Part shown: in pieces, positions 15,381 through 24,460 of the stretch
How the letters are laid out: each line of letters begins with the position of its first letter
How positions within the stretch are numbered: position 1 is the stretch's first letter
Source of the DNA: a virus
Direction: 5' to 3' (one strand)
Length of the DNA stretch: 25,668 bases
Virus record (IMG/VR): IMGVR_UViG_3300028840_001289
Span: 1 to 25,668 of that record
The notes under the pieces: generated by a model
What the model was told of the DNA's origin: nothing
Database searches by the model: none
What the model saw: only the letters and a program-made list of their open reading frames with translations
Position numbers and translations under genes: made by a program

Positions 15381-16661
15381 ATGCCCTTAGTTGAGTACTT
15401 GCAATCTGAAATTGCCAGGCTAAAACAGCGTGGATTATACCAAACCAAAGACGGAATAAACAAACTCAACCAGGCACTATACACAAGCTGGTATTCCCCA
15501 TTCATGCCAATTACACCGCCCAGATCGTACACGGGCGACCTCATGGCAGGCTATATGGACAACGAGCTGGTGTATTCTATTGTTAACAAGATAGCCGACA
15601 CAGCCAGCTCCGTTCCTTTGGAGTTGTGCGATCCTGATGGCGAAGTAGTGGAATCGCATTGGGTTATTGACCTGCTCAAACAGCCAAACCCTGACAACAG
15701 TTTAAAGGACATCATCTTCAACTACTACGTTTATTTGCTCAGTATTGGCAACAGCTTTATTTATTCACCTTTCCTGGACAATGGCAGCACGATGGAGCTT
15801 TGGACAATGCCTTCGGATTTGGTCAACGTGGTCAGCGGCCCGTTCTTTGAGCCCGTGATGGGATATAAATTCACCGAAGGCAGCCAGGAGATCGTTTTCG
15901 ACAAACAAAGCGTAATGCACGGCAAACTATTCAACCCCCGCTACCTGTCAGGAAGTTGGGTATATGGGTTGTCACCGATACAGGTTGCTACTGAGATCAT
16001 CAGCGCATCCAACAGCGGCAACATGGCATTGGCGAAGTCGTTTGAGAACATGGGGCCACCATACATCATCAGCAGCCAGACACCGGAAGGACTTACACCT
16101 CAGCAGCAGGAACTACTTGAGCAGACCTATAAGAAGAAATATGGAGGCCCGGACACAGCAAACAAGCCAATGTTGACGGGCACGCCTGTTGATGTGAAGA
16201 TGTTGGGTGTGTCGCCTGTTGACTTGAACATCCTGGACAGCTCACAGCACGCATTGAGGGTGTTGTGTAATGTTTACGGTGTGCCATCGGTACTGTTCAA
16301 CGACAACGAGAACAGCACGTATAACAACGTATCGCAGGCCCGCAAGGACTTCTATGAGTACACCATTCAGCCGCTTAACGAAGCGTTTGCAGGCAAGTTG
16401 AAGGGGTTCCTGATACCTGATGAGGACTTAAAGTTCAGGTTCAATTATGAGAATGTTGCGGTATTGCAGGAGGACTTCTATACCAAGAGTGCTGCGCTCA
16501 ACAATATGTTCTACATGACACCCAATGAGAAGCGTGAGCAGTTGGGGTTGGAGCGTATTGAGATGCCTGAGATGGATATGGTTTACATACCGATGGGGCA
16601 GAAGCCGATTGAGGGTACTATGGCGGATGGTGAGCAGTTAGGTGAAAACGACATCTACTAA
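15381..16661 (+). CDS. Portal protein (HK97-family portal type), 426 aa.
   Basis: Size and position match, and portal-like core sequence is present (SPIQVATEIISASNSG..., LRVLCNVYGVPSVLFND, FYEYTIQPL). Confidence 0.85.
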   Translation: MPLVEYLQSEIARLKQRGLYQTKDGINKLNQALYTSWYSPFMPITPPRSYTGDLMAGYMDNELVYSIVNKIADTASSVPLELCDPDGEVVESHWVIDLLKQPNPDNSLKDIIFNYYVYLLSIGNSFIYSPFLDNGSTMELWTMPSDLVNVVSGPFFEPVMGYKFTEGSQEIVFDKQSVMHGKLFNPRYLSGSWVYGLSPIQVATEIISASNSGNMALAKSFENMGPPYIISSQTPEGLTPQQQELLEQTYKKKYGGPDTANKPMLTGTPVDVKMLGVSPVDLNILDSSQHALRVLCNVYGVPSVLFNDNENSTYNNVSQARKDFYEYTIQPLNEAFAGKLKGFLIPDEDLKFRFNYENVAVLQEDFYTKSAALNNMFYMTPNEKREQLGLERIEMPEMDMVYIPMGQKPIEGTMADGEQLGENDIY

Positions 16662-17395
16662 TGGCAAAGAAAGCCGAAGAATACAGCTACCGGCAGTTCA
16701 AGACTGCGCTCGACAACCAGTACAAACTGGCATTGGAGGCTTTGGCTACTGATGGTTTGGCGAGTGCCAACTGGATTCAGATTGCTGACATTAACGATGC
16801 TTATAACAGGGTATGGTCAAACGTATCACTTGAAGCGGGTAAGAAGGCAAAGCGTGCCATCACCGGGGTAGCAAACCTGGTGGATGATGCGTGGCGGGCC
16901 AATACGGTGAACTTCTTGCAGCGCAATGCGGGGGAGCGCATAAGGGAAGTATGGGCAACGAGCAAGCAGTTGTATATTGAGGCGGTGAATGATGCGGTTG
17001 TAACTGCCACGAATGAGGGGTTGGGTGCTGAGGCAACACAGCGCAGGATTCGGCAGTTGGTGAATAACAAGCTGAATGGTGACATCAACATATGGAGGGC
17101 CCGTAGGATTGCTCGTACTGAAACGGTAGCAGCAGGCAACTATGGCACGTGGCAGGGCATGGTTGATGCGGTGAATAGTGATGGGGCGAGGATTCAGAAG
17201 ATATGGAAGGCATCATTCAGGGACACCCGCCCTGCACATAGGGAAGCCCATGACCAGGTACGTGAGGTAGGGAAGCCGTTTGATGTTGGTGGCGAGCCGT
17301 TGCAGTTCCCCGGTGACCCGAGCGGATCTCCAGGCAATGTGATCAATTGCCAGTGTGTAATGCAGGAAACTTTACTTAACTTTGTAAGATATTGA
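16661..17395 (+). CDS. Head morphogenesis protein, Mu F / SPP1 gp7-like, 244 aa.
   Basis: ARRIARTETVAAGNYG, RPAHREAHDQ and PGNVINCQC are typical of the Phage_Mu_F domain. There is a TAATG overlap with the portal gene. Confidence 0.8.
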   Translation: MAKKAEEYSYRQFKTALDNQYKLALEALATDGLASANWIQIADINDAYNRVWSNVSLEAGKKAKRAITGVANLVDDAWRANTVNFLQRNAGERIREVWATSKQLYIEAVNDAVVTATNEGLGAEATQRRIRQLVNNKLNGDINIWRARRIARTETVAAGNYGTWQGMVDAVNSDGARIQKIWKASFRDTRPAHREAHDQVREVGKPFDVGGEPLQFPGDPSGSPGNVINCQCVMQETLLNFVRY

Positions 17396-17399
17396 AACG

Positions 17400-17990
17400 A
17401 TGGAATATTCAAACTTAACCAAAAATGCACGTGATATTGACACTAAGAAGGGAATTGTGTCCTTCTACTTCGCTGATTTCGGTAGTGTTGACAGTCACGG
17501 AAGGAGAATGCACCGAAACGCATTTAACAGGACTTTCAATAACAATTTCAAGCGGATGGTTCATCTGTTCAACCATGATGCTAACACCATCATCGGCAAG
17601 CCGCTGGAGGTTGGCACAGATCAAAAGGGAGCATTCATGGTGTCTCAACTGATGCCTACCGAGAAGGGTAAGGAGGTGTTGACGCTCTACAATGAGGGCG
17701 TTATAAATGAACATTCGTTTGGGTTCCTGATAAAGGACAGCAACAAGGACGGTGAGATTGAAGTTGTGAACGAACTGCAAATGTTCGAGGCTTCAAGTGT
17801 AACCTGGGGTGCGAATCCTAACACTCCGGTCATAAGTTTGAACCAAATATACGAGGACAGGCTCAAGTCCTTAGAAACAAAAATTGACGCTATAATGGCA
17901 CGCCTGCCCGTTGAAGCCCAACACCAGGCCTCGCAGAGAAGTGACAATGAGCTACAAGAAGTAATTGAATTTTTAAACGCAAATTATTAG
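17400..17990 (+). CDS. Prohead protease (HK97 / S78-U35 type) with a C-terminal scaffold-like tail, 196 aa.
   Basis: FYFADFGSVDSHGRRMHRNAF, LFNHD...IGKP and NEHSFGF match the prohead protease pattern. The gene lies between the MuF-like and capsid genes. Confidence 0.75.
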   Translation: MEYSNLTKNARDIDTKKGIVSFYFADFGSVDSHGRRMHRNAFNRTFNNNFKRMVHLFNHDANTIIGKPLEVGTDQKGAFMVSQLMPTEKGKEVLTLYNEGVINEHSFGFLIKDSNKDGEIEVVNELQMFEASSVTWGANPNTPVISLNQIYEDRLKSLETKIDAIMARLPVEAQHQASQRSDNELQEVIEFLNANY

Positions 17991-17994
17991 AATT

Positions 17995-19263
17995 ATGGCT
18001 GATAACAAAGAAAGTCTTGTGCCTATTGTTGAATCCCTGATGGAGAAACAGCGCAAGCAAAACGACCAACTCAAGGCCGAGCAGGTGATTGAGTTGAACT
18101 CGATGAAGGAGGACATCATGGGCGAGGTTAAAAAAGTAACCGATGGCTTGGGTGGACTTCAAAAGAACATCGATGTAATGGAAACCAAAATGCAAAAAGC
18201 CAACCTTTCAGGCGGTGGCGGCAAAAAGTTTTCAGAGCGTATCCATGCAAACCTGATGAAGGGCAAGGATATGTTCCACAACGAGTGGGGACTGAAAAAG
18301 GGCAGCAATGACTTCTCCTTCACCCTTGAAGGTGGTGTAAAGAACCAGGTCATTGTCATCCACGACCCTACGAGCTTTGTTGCCGGTGATGCCCCTGTCG
18401 TTCTGCCGTTCCGTGATGCAGGTGTCGATAAGGCTCCAAAGCGTGCGCTGTTGGTAAGTGACATCATCCAGTGGGGTACAACCACCTCGAACATGGTTGA
18501 TTGGATCGAGCGTACCGGCAAGACTGCTGGTGCTGCAATGCGCGCTGAAGATGCCATCATGGGCCAGGGCGACCTGGAATACACTGAGGTAAGTACCAAA
18601 GTGAAGATCGCATCACAGTTCATGAAGGTAACCAATGAATCGCTAAAAGACGTTGACTTCCTCGCCTCAGAGATCAACACCGAGCTGCTTGAGGACTTGC
18701 GTATTTTGGTGGATGACCAGCTGCTTGCCGGTGACGGGCAGACCGTGAACCTTTTGGGTATCGTACCACAGGCGACAGAGTTCACCCCGGGCAAGTTTGC
18801 TACCGGCCAGCCTTATGCTGTTACAGAACCTAACAACATGGATGTGTTGAGGGTTGCTGTCAACCAGATATGGATTGCGGGCAAAGGTAAATTCATCCCG
18901 AATTATATCTTGATGCACCCTACCGATGTAGCTTCAATGGATGTATTGAAGATTGCAGACGGCAGGTACATCGAGGTTCCTTACTACAATCCTGACGGGC
19001 CTAGCGTGGTCACCATCCCGATTGTTCAGAACGTGGGTATTGATGAGGGCACTTACCTGGTAGGTGACTTCATGCGTGCCAAAGCATTCATGAGGGATGC
19101 GCTTACCATCAGGATCTATGACCAGAATGCTGATGACCCGATCTACAACCGTTCAACGGTGACTGCAAACATCAGGTTGGCGTTCCGTATCAAGAACCAG
19201 GACAAGCCTGCATTTGTCACCGGTACGTTTGCTACTGACAAAGCGGCTATTTCCGTCACTTAG
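17995..19263 (+). CDS. Major capsid protein, HK97 fold, with an N-terminal coiled-coil delta-like region, 422 aa.
   Basis: Position after the protease. The charged helical N-terminal segment of about 100 aa is followed by a capsid-like core. A strong terminator lies downstream. Confidence 0.85.
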   Translation: MADNKESLVPIVESLMEKQRKQNDQLKAEQVIELNSMKEDIMGEVKKVTDGLGGLQKNIDVMETKMQKANLSGGGGKKFSERIHANLMKGKDMFHNEWGLKKGSNDFSFTLEGGVKNQVIVIHDPTSFVAGDAPVVLPFRDAGVDKAPKRALLVSDIIQWGTTTSNMVDWIERTGKTAGAAMRAEDAIMGQGDLEYTEVSTKVKIASQFMKVTNESLKDVDFLASEINTELLEDLRILVDDQLLAGDGQTVNLLGIVPQATEFTPGKFATGQPYAVTEPNNMDVLRVAVNQIWIAGKGKFIPNYILMHPTDVASMDVLKIADGRYIEVPYYNPDGPSVVTIPIVQNVGIDEGTYLVGDFMRAKAFMRDALTIRIYDQNADDPIYNRSTVTANIRLAFRIKNQDKPAFVTGTFATDKAAISVT

Positions 19264-19281
19264 TTTTTAGTTTGTTTATTG

Positions 19282-19320
19282 GTGGGGCGTGGTTTTTTTC
19301 TAACGCCCGCCCCACTTTTT
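19282..19320 (+). terminator. GC-rich hairpin plus T-run after the capsid gene.
   Basis: GTGGGGCG (19282..19289) pairs with CGCCCGCCCCAC (19304..19315), which carries a bulge. T5 follows (19316..19320). Confidence 0.65.
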
Positions 19321-19335
19321 AAAACTTAGCAAAGT

Positions 19336-19497
19336 ATGAGAGTTAAAATCATCAAAGCCTTCCATCAATTTGATAAAGATTCAGAGCATGAGTTCCCGAC
19401 ATCGGTAGCCAATCATCTTATCAGTGATGGGTGGGCTGAACAGGTCAAACCTAAAAAGAAAAGGAATGTTAAACGTAAAAAAGACGGTAACCGGTGA
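19336..19497 (+). CDS. Small hypothetical protein, 53 aa (MRVKIIKAFHQFDKDSEHEF...KPKKKRNVKRKKDGNR). Below the ORF-track cutoff.
   Basis: Hand translation. It fills the gap between the capsid terminator and the connector gene and has a basic C-terminus. It overlaps the next gene by 32 nt. Confidence 0.35.
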   Translation: MRVKIIKAFHQFDKDSEHEFPTSVANHLISDGWAEQVKPKKKRNVKRKKDGNR

Positions 19498-19981
19498 TGA
19501 GCCGCTGACGCTCCAGGAGGTTAAAGACTGGATCAAGCAGGACGGTGATGCTGATGACGCTTTGATAACAAGCCTGATCACGCAGGCCCGTGAGCTGATC
19601 GAGAACTACCTGGGTGCATCGTTGGTATCTACCACTTTAGTAGTAGAAGCGACACCGAGAACAGAGCTGCGCCCTCCTTATGGGCCGGTTGTCACCATCA
19701 GTTCGGTAAAGGATGAAGATGGCAATGACGTTGATTACGTTTGGGATGGGTTTGTACTTAATTTCACGGGAGGCACTTATTCAGTCACCAGTGGCTATTC
19801 GCCTCAATACACAACTACCACTTATGATACCGGGTATGATACGATTCCTGACGGGCTGAAGATGGCACTATTGGAGACGGTGGCTTATTTGTATGAGCAT
19901 CGTGGTGAGGAGATGAAGATTCAAATGTTTTTATATCAAAATCAAAACCTGCAAGTTTACAGGGAAACAATCTGGATTTAA
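19466..19981 (+). CDS. Head-tail connector (gp6-like), 171 aa from MLNVKKTV.
   Basis: LTLQEVKDWIKQDGDADDALITSLITQARELIENYLG matches the characteristic N-terminus of gp6-like head-tail connectors. The exact start (19424 versus 19466) is uncertain. Confidence 0.7.
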   Translation: MLNVKKTVTGDEPLTLQEVKDWIKQDGDADDALITSLITQARELIENYLGASLVSTTLVVEATPRTELRPPYGPVVTISSVKDEDGNDVDYVWDGFVLNFTGGTYSVTSGYSPQYTTTTYDTGYDTIPDGLKMALLETVAYLYEHRGEEMKIQMFLYQNQNLQVYRETIWI

Positions 19982-19982
19982 T

Positions 19983-20429
19983 ATGGCACGAGACAGAGCA
20001 GCGCAAAAGAAGCGCAGAATGAAACAATACTGGGAGGAACCATCCATACTGACTGGCAACCTTTGTGATGACCCTCAATTCGATCCCGGAACCAAATGGA
20101 CATTCGGGACAGGGTGGACTAACACCACTCCAACTGCGACAACTGATGGCAGTGCTGTTGGCAAACTGGTCTATGATGCCACAGGGTTAGTGACAGCCGG
20201 TAAGACCTATCAGGTAACATTGAGCATTGATGGCGTTTATGGTGGCTCCAATGAATCGCTTGCCATATTGCTTGGTGATTCTGATGCCATACAGGTTCCT
20301 GCACTTCAGGGCAATGCGGTCATCGTGGGTGTCTGGGGTGATACCGGGACTGATCTATCGATTGACGTACTTGCCGAGGATGATTTTGTTGGCACTGTAA
20401 CCAATGTAATATTGAAAGAGTTTGTCTGA
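19983..20429 (+). CDS. Hypothetical beta-rich protein, 148 aa. Possible decoration or carbohydrate-binding-like module.
   Basis: ORF between the connector and adaptor genes. It has a basic N-terminus and then a Gly/Thr/Val-rich beta-type sequence. No motif was assignable. Confidence 0.55.
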   Translation: MARDRAAQKKRRMKQYWEEPSILTGNLCDDPQFDPGTKWTFGTGWTNTTPTATTDGSAVGKLVYDATGLVTAGKTYQVTLSIDGVYGGSNESLAILLGDSDAIQVPALQGNAVIVGVWGDTGTDLSIDVLAEDDFVGTVTNVILKEFV

Positions 20430-20755
20430 TGGGAGTTGGTAGGATGACTGAGCGTGTTGATGTTTACTCTGTTATACAGGGGCAACCTGATGGCATTGGC
20501 GGCTATGTAACTACCAAAGAACTCCAGGCAACTTTGTGGGCCAGGGTTGAGCAGGACAGGCAGGCATTGAGGACACCTGAAGGCAAACAGGCACTAACCC
20601 GCAACAGCTACAAGGTGACGATACGGTCAGGAGCTTACGATATAACAACCGCAAATCTGTTGGTTTGGTTGGGTAAAGAGTTGACTATTGAAGGTGTTCA
20701 GCGGGATGAGAAGCACCGGTACACCATATGCGATTGCACTTATGATGGTACTTGA
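20429..20755 (+). CDS. Head-tail adaptor / head closure protein, 108 aa.
   Basis: Size, position and pattern fit (DGIGGYV...LWARVEQ...YKVTIRSGAYDIT...LTIEGV), as in SPP1 gp16 / HK97 gp9-type adaptors. There is a TGATG overlap upstream. Confidence 0.6.
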   Translation: MGVGRMTERVDVYSVIQGQPDGIGGYVTTKELQATLWARVEQDRQALRTPEGKQALTRNSYKVTIRSGAYDITTANLLVWLGKELTIEGVQRDEKHRYTICDCTYDGT

Positions 20756-21116
20756 CACAAAGAAGGCAATTGGTGACTTCCGCCAGTATGATAAGGACAC
20801 CCAGAAGGCGTTCCGAAGGACATTGAGGGAGTTTGCAGGTCAGATCAGCGCAAGGCAAAAAGAGATACTAAGGGCGAAGGTGATAGACAGGACTCCGTGG
20901 CTTGAATTGACCGTAGCACCTGACCGCAAGAAGTGGTGGCATTATTTAATTGGCCCTGATACTGAGAAGGCGGTATATGCGGAGTGGATTGAGACGGGAG
21001 GCAGGGGAGGTTTCAAAGGTTACCATTACGTGAGGGATTCAGTAAAGGGGATGATGCCCAAATTAACGAAGGCACTAAAGCAAGACATCAAAGACAATGC
21101 AAGATATAAGGGCTAA
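20742..21116 (+). CDS. HK97 gp10-like tail-attachment protein, 124 aa from MMVLDTKK.
   Basis: Position in the joining module. The YAEWIETGG segment resembles the gp10-family YA..vE.G motif. The ATG at 20742 gives a 14-nt overlap instead of 68 nt. Confidence 0.5.
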   Translation: MMVLDTKKAIGDFRQYDKDTQKAFRRTLREFAGQISARQKEILRAKVIDRTPWLELTVAPDRKKWWHYLIGPDTEKAVYAEWIETGGRGGFKGYHYVRDSVKGMMPKLTKALKQDIKDNARYKG

Positions 21117-21576
21117 CATACTTCAGGGGCTTTCTGAGGCACTTTCTCCAACAGGGTTAGGTGTTTATTCATTTGTGCCTGATAATACGTCCAAGCCTTT
21201 TATTTACATTGGAGAGATCGAGTTGACACAGGCTCCCAACAAGTCGAACTTCTACCAGGAGGGGACTGTGGTGGTGATGCTTTACACAGGGGATGCAGGT
21301 TGGTCGGGTTCGCTATCGCAGCCGCTTGCCTGGCTGAATGAAATAAAAATCAGGCTGCAATATGAGGTAGCTCACAAACTTCTTCCACGGATGACTTACT
21401 GGATGCTGCTAAATGATACGGGGTTGGAGAACATCAGCGACACTCAGAGGCAGTATGTAGCATCGTTGCAATATGAGTTTCACTATGCACAGCCGCTTAC
21501 ATATCCTGACAGGGTAACAAATGATGGCGGGGTGGTTGAGAATTATGTAACTTGCGTTTTGAATAAGATACTATGA
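21097..21576 (+). CDS. Tail terminator / completion protein (DUF3168-like), 159 aa, with a C-terminal YPDRVTNDGGVVENYVTC extension.
   Basis: The N-terminus ILQGLSEALSPTGLGVYSFVPDNTSKPFIYIGEIE fits the tail-completion family pattern. It lies just upstream of the major tail gene region. Confidence 0.55.
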   Translation: MQDIRANILQGLSEALSPTGLGVYSFVPDNTSKPFIYIGEIELTQAPNKSNFYQEGTVVVMLYTGDAGWSGSLSQPLAWLNEIKIRLQYEVAHKLLPRMTYWMLLNDTGLENISDTQRQYVASLQYEFHYAQPLTYPDRVTNDGGVVENYVTCVLNKIL

Positions 21577-21785
21577 AACAAGGCGGCCCATACAAAGGAA
21601 TCAGGACTTACCCCGTAGCTACACCGAAACGACACAGGGCAGGGTGGAAACGCAGGACGTACATCCATGACAGCTCATCATTCACCCCGGAGGCGTTTGA
21701 GTATTATGACAGGGTGACGGCTGATGGTGGCGTGAGTGAAGGCAGGCTTTGTTTGGAAATCAAGATTTATGAACTTAAATATTAA
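21573..21785 (+). CDS. Small basic hypothetical protein, 70 aa, ending in YYDRVTADGGVSEGRLC.
   Basis: ATGA overlap with the upstream gene. It shares the DRVxxDGG peptide with its neighbour and with the post-tape-measure protein. Confidence 0.5.
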   Translation: MKQGGPYKGIRTYPVATPKRHRAGWKRRTYIHDSSSFTPEAFEYYDRVTADGGVSEGRLCLEIKIYELKY

Positions 21786-21790
21786 ATACT

Positions 21791-22246
21791 ATGGCCACAG
21801 TGGTTAACGGCAAGAACCTTGTCGTAAAATTTGAAAAAGGAAGCACCGGCGGAAGTGAGGTCGTTATTGCTTGCTCAACATCATGTACCCTCACGTTGAA
21901 CCAGGCGATGACCGAGGCAACCTGCAAAGATGCTGATTCGTGGACATCGCAGATCGAAGGGCAGAAGTCCTGGGAGATTTCGGTTGATGCGCTTTACACT
22001 GAAGAAGATTCGATAACTGCGGGTTTCCGTGGTTTGGCGGATCTGATCATCACCGGCCCGAATGAATGTTCGCTCGTATTTGAGGAGTTGAACAACCCGA
22101 ACTACGGGGCAACCAACCCGATGTGGTCAGGAGTTGCCAGGATGACTACCTGCTCATTGACAGGTGATGACAACAGTCCTGCGACTTATTCGGCAACTTT
22201 CACGGGGAACGGGCCATTAACATTCACTGAAGGAACAACAACTTAG
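21791..22246 (+). CDS. Major tail protein of a non-contractile tail, 151 aa.
   Basis: Position upstream of G/GT and the tape measure. The sequence VVNGKNLVV...ACSTSCTLTLNQAMTEATCKD...WEISVDALY is typical of phi13/TP901-like major tail proteins. Confidence 0.75.
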   Translation: MATVVNGKNLVVKFEKGSTGGSEVVIACSTSCTLTLNQAMTEATCKDADSWTSQIEGQKSWEISVDALYTEEDSITAGFRGLADLIITGPNECSLVFEELNNPNYGATNPMWSGVARMTTCSLTGDDNSPATYSATFTGNGPLTFTEGTTT

Positions 22247-22250
22247 GGTT

Positions 22251-22595
22251 ATGGTGATCGGTGGAGAAGAACGAACATTAAAGTTCGGTATCAATCAGAC
22301 AGATTTATTCTGTGAGTTGAGGGGATGGTCATTATCTAAATACCAGGATTTTTTAGTGAGGCTGGGAACCAATGAATTCAGCGTGTCTGAGTACAGGGAT
22401 TTGGTATGGTCGGCTTTAAAGGATGGTGCAAGGTATGATGGCAGGGAGTTTGAGTTTGATGCTTTGACTGTTGGTGATTGGCTGGATGAGGTTCCTGAGT
22501 ATGCTGAGTTCGTTATGAACGAGTTCTTAAAAAGTATGCCAAAAGCTAACGGGGGACAGCCTGCAAAAAAAAAGCAGAAAGTATCAGGGAGCTGA
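22251..22595 (+). CDS. Tail assembly chaperone (gpG analogue), 114 aa.
   Basis: It lies between the major tail and tape measure genes and has a slippery A-run near its 3' end. Confidence 0.75.
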   Translation: MVIGGEERTLKFGINQTDLFCELRGWSLSKYQDFLVRLGTNEFSVSEYRDLVWSALKDGARYDGREFEFDALTVGDWLDEVPEYAEFVMNEFLKSMPKANGGQPAKKKQKVSGS

Positions 22596-22882
22596 CACTT
22601 CAGGACGTTAAGGATCTATTGAGTGAAATCGGCCTGAATTATGCTGAAATGTTAAGTTGTTCGTGGAAGGAGTTTGAATATTATGAGCGTGGCTATCAGC
22701 GAAGGATTGAACGGCAGTGGGATGTGGCGAGGCATTTAATCGCAAATATGTATAACAGCAGCGGGTTTGCCAAGAAAAAGACACAGGCCAGGGACATAAT
22801 GAGGCTCGAGATGTTGGACAGGAAACCTAAATCTGAAACTATTCCTAAAGACAAAGTTCGAGAAATGCTAAACCGATTATAG
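22251..22882 (+). CDS. Tail assembly chaperone -1 frameshift product (gpGT analogue), about 209 aa. The shift is at 22568..22574.
   Basis: The -1 frame is open from the slippery site through ORF 22619..22882 (KKKAESIRELTLQDVKDLLSEIGLNY...) and ends 1 nt before the tape measure ATG. Confidence 0.65.
22568..22574 (+). promoter_or_regulatory. Programmed -1 ribosomal frameshift slippery heptamer A_AAA_AAG.
   Basis: The zero-frame codons are gca aaa aaa aag within an A9 run (22565..22573). This is the same heptamer as the E. coli dnaX site. Confidence 0.65.
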
Positions 22883-24460
22883 ATGTCAATTATAGCCAAA
22901 TTAGCAGCAGTCCTGACCCTTGACAACAAGAAGTTCAAGAAGGGGTTAAAGGACAGCGAGAAGCAGAGTAAAGCCTTCGGCGATTCAATTAAGAAAATAG
23001 GAGGTTTTATTGCTGGTGCATTTGCCGCAGATCAGTTGATTAAATTCGGCAGTGAGATGGTGAAACTCAGCCATCAGTCACGAGGGGTAGGCAGGGCATT
23101 TGATACTTTGGGGATTCAACTCGAAGATTTACAAAAGGCAACAGACTTCGGTGTTCCTGCATTACAACTACAAAAGATGGCAGTGCAGGCTAAGAACCTG
23201 GGCTTGCCTGTTCAGGATTTAGCTAAGTATTTCGAGTTTGCGACTGTAAGGGCCGCCGAAACGGGCGAATCAGTAGAATACCTGGTGAATAGCATCGTTA
23301 CAGGTATAGGCCGAAAGTCTCCCATGATCTTGGACAACTTGGGCATCAGCATGGTTGATTTGCAGGAGGAGACCAAGCGGGTTGGTGACTTTGCAAAGGC
23401 GGCAGCGAATATCATTGAGCGTGAAATGGGAAACAGCACCATTGCTGTTGAAGATGCCACCGATGCCGTAACAGAACTCGCAACTTCATGGGCCGATCTT
23501 AAGCTGGCGGTTGCAGACACGGGTATATGGGATGGGCTTGCCGGATCATTGCGGGCTGTTGCCAGAACCTTGCGTGGAGATTTAACAACGCCTGTAACTG
23601 AACTGAGTGACAGGAATCTTGAAATATTTATGAAGTGGGCCAAAGACAGCAACGAGGCCCAATATCAAATATATAAAGCAGAATGGGAGCGCAGGCAGCC
23701 TGATTACCAAAAGTTGGGTGAGTCTTTATTTGCTGGTGGAACAAAGCCTCATCAGACATCAGTACCATTTGCACCCGGAGGCGGTGTCGGTGCAGTTCCA
23801 AAGGTGAAAACTACCGGCATGAGTGATGCTGAAAAGGCATTCGAGAACACACTGACGGCTACGAGCGACACTGTTGCAGGGTTTTGGCAAGAATACACTC
23901 ATAATGCGGGGATGGCTGTTAATGCCTTAGTTCCTCTAAACAAAGAGTTGGACTTGAATAATGAGTTGATGGCTAATGCAGTTCCTATCATGCGTGATTT
24001 TGGGGAGACTGCAACAGAGATGCAACGGATTGCTGATGTGAGTGGTTTTGTAGTTGCCGGGATAAGTAGCATCGCACAGGCAGCGGGGCAATTACTGGCA
24101 GGGGAAACCAGTGCCGATGTCATGGAAGAGTTTCTTGGCAAGCTGGGCGGCCTGATGCAACAGTTCGGGGCACTGCTCGTATCGTTTGGTATAGGTGAGA
24201 TTGCTTTAAAGTCAGGTAACCCATATGTAACTATTGCAGCGGGTGCGGCTTTGATAGCTATCGGTGCAGCAATAGGAAGCAAACGGGGACAGATACAGGG
24301 TTCAGTAGGTGGAGGCGGGACTTATGGCAGCTATGGCGGTGCAACCGGTGGCGGTGGCATGTACACCGAACAACGTGAAATAGTGATGGTAGCACGTGGT
24401 AAGGATCTGGTTACGGTATTGAATAAACAAAACTATGAGGATAACTTAGGTGGCCCTTAA
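22883..24460 (+). CDS. Tape measure protein, 525 aa.
   Basis: It is the largest helical ORF after G/GT. It is Ala/Gly-rich with hydrophobic segments and has a Gly-rich C-terminal region (GGGGTYGSYGGATGGGGMY). Confidence 0.8.
   Translation: MSIIAKLAAVLTLDNKKFKKGLKDSEKQSKAFGDSIKKIGGFIAGAFAADQLIKFGSEMVKLSHQSRGVGRAFDTLGIQLEDLQKATDFGVPALQLQKMAVQAKNLGLPVQDLAKYFEFATVRAAETGESVEYLVNSIVTGIGRKSPMILDNLGISMVDLQEETKRVGDFAKAAANIIEREMGNSTIAVEDATDAVTELATSWADLKLAVADTGIWDGLAGSLRAVARTLRGDLTTPVTELSDRNLEIFMKWAKDSNEAQYQIYKAEWERRQPDYQKLGESLFAGGTKPHQTSVPFAPGGGVGAVPKVKTTGMSDAEKAFENTLTATSDTVAGFWQEYTHNAGMAVNALVPLNKELDLNNELMANAVPIMRDFGETATEMQRIADVSGFVVAGISSIAQAAGQLLAGETSADVMEEFLGKLGGLMQQFGALLVSFGIGEIALKSGNPYVTIAAGAALIAIGAAIGSKRGQIQGSVGGGGTYGSYGGATGGGGMYTEQREIVMVARGKDLVTVLNKQNYEDNLGGP

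Noticed and set aside
18159-18794. 211-aa ORF antisense to the major capsid gene. Similar antisense ORFs occur at 16801..17139, 13055..13376, 23212..23652, 23899..24282, 17415..17947 and 5856..6297.
   Set aside because: All lie fully inside strongly supported genes on the opposite strand. They have Ser/Pro/Cys-rich shadow-ORF composition and no plausible start context.
24290-24370. Gly-rich stretch (GGGGTYGSYGGATGGGGMY) in the tape measure protein, and GGTGGGGD at 2105..2135, as possible special repeats.
   Set aside because: These are short low-complexity linkers, common in tail proteins, with no higher-order repeat structure.
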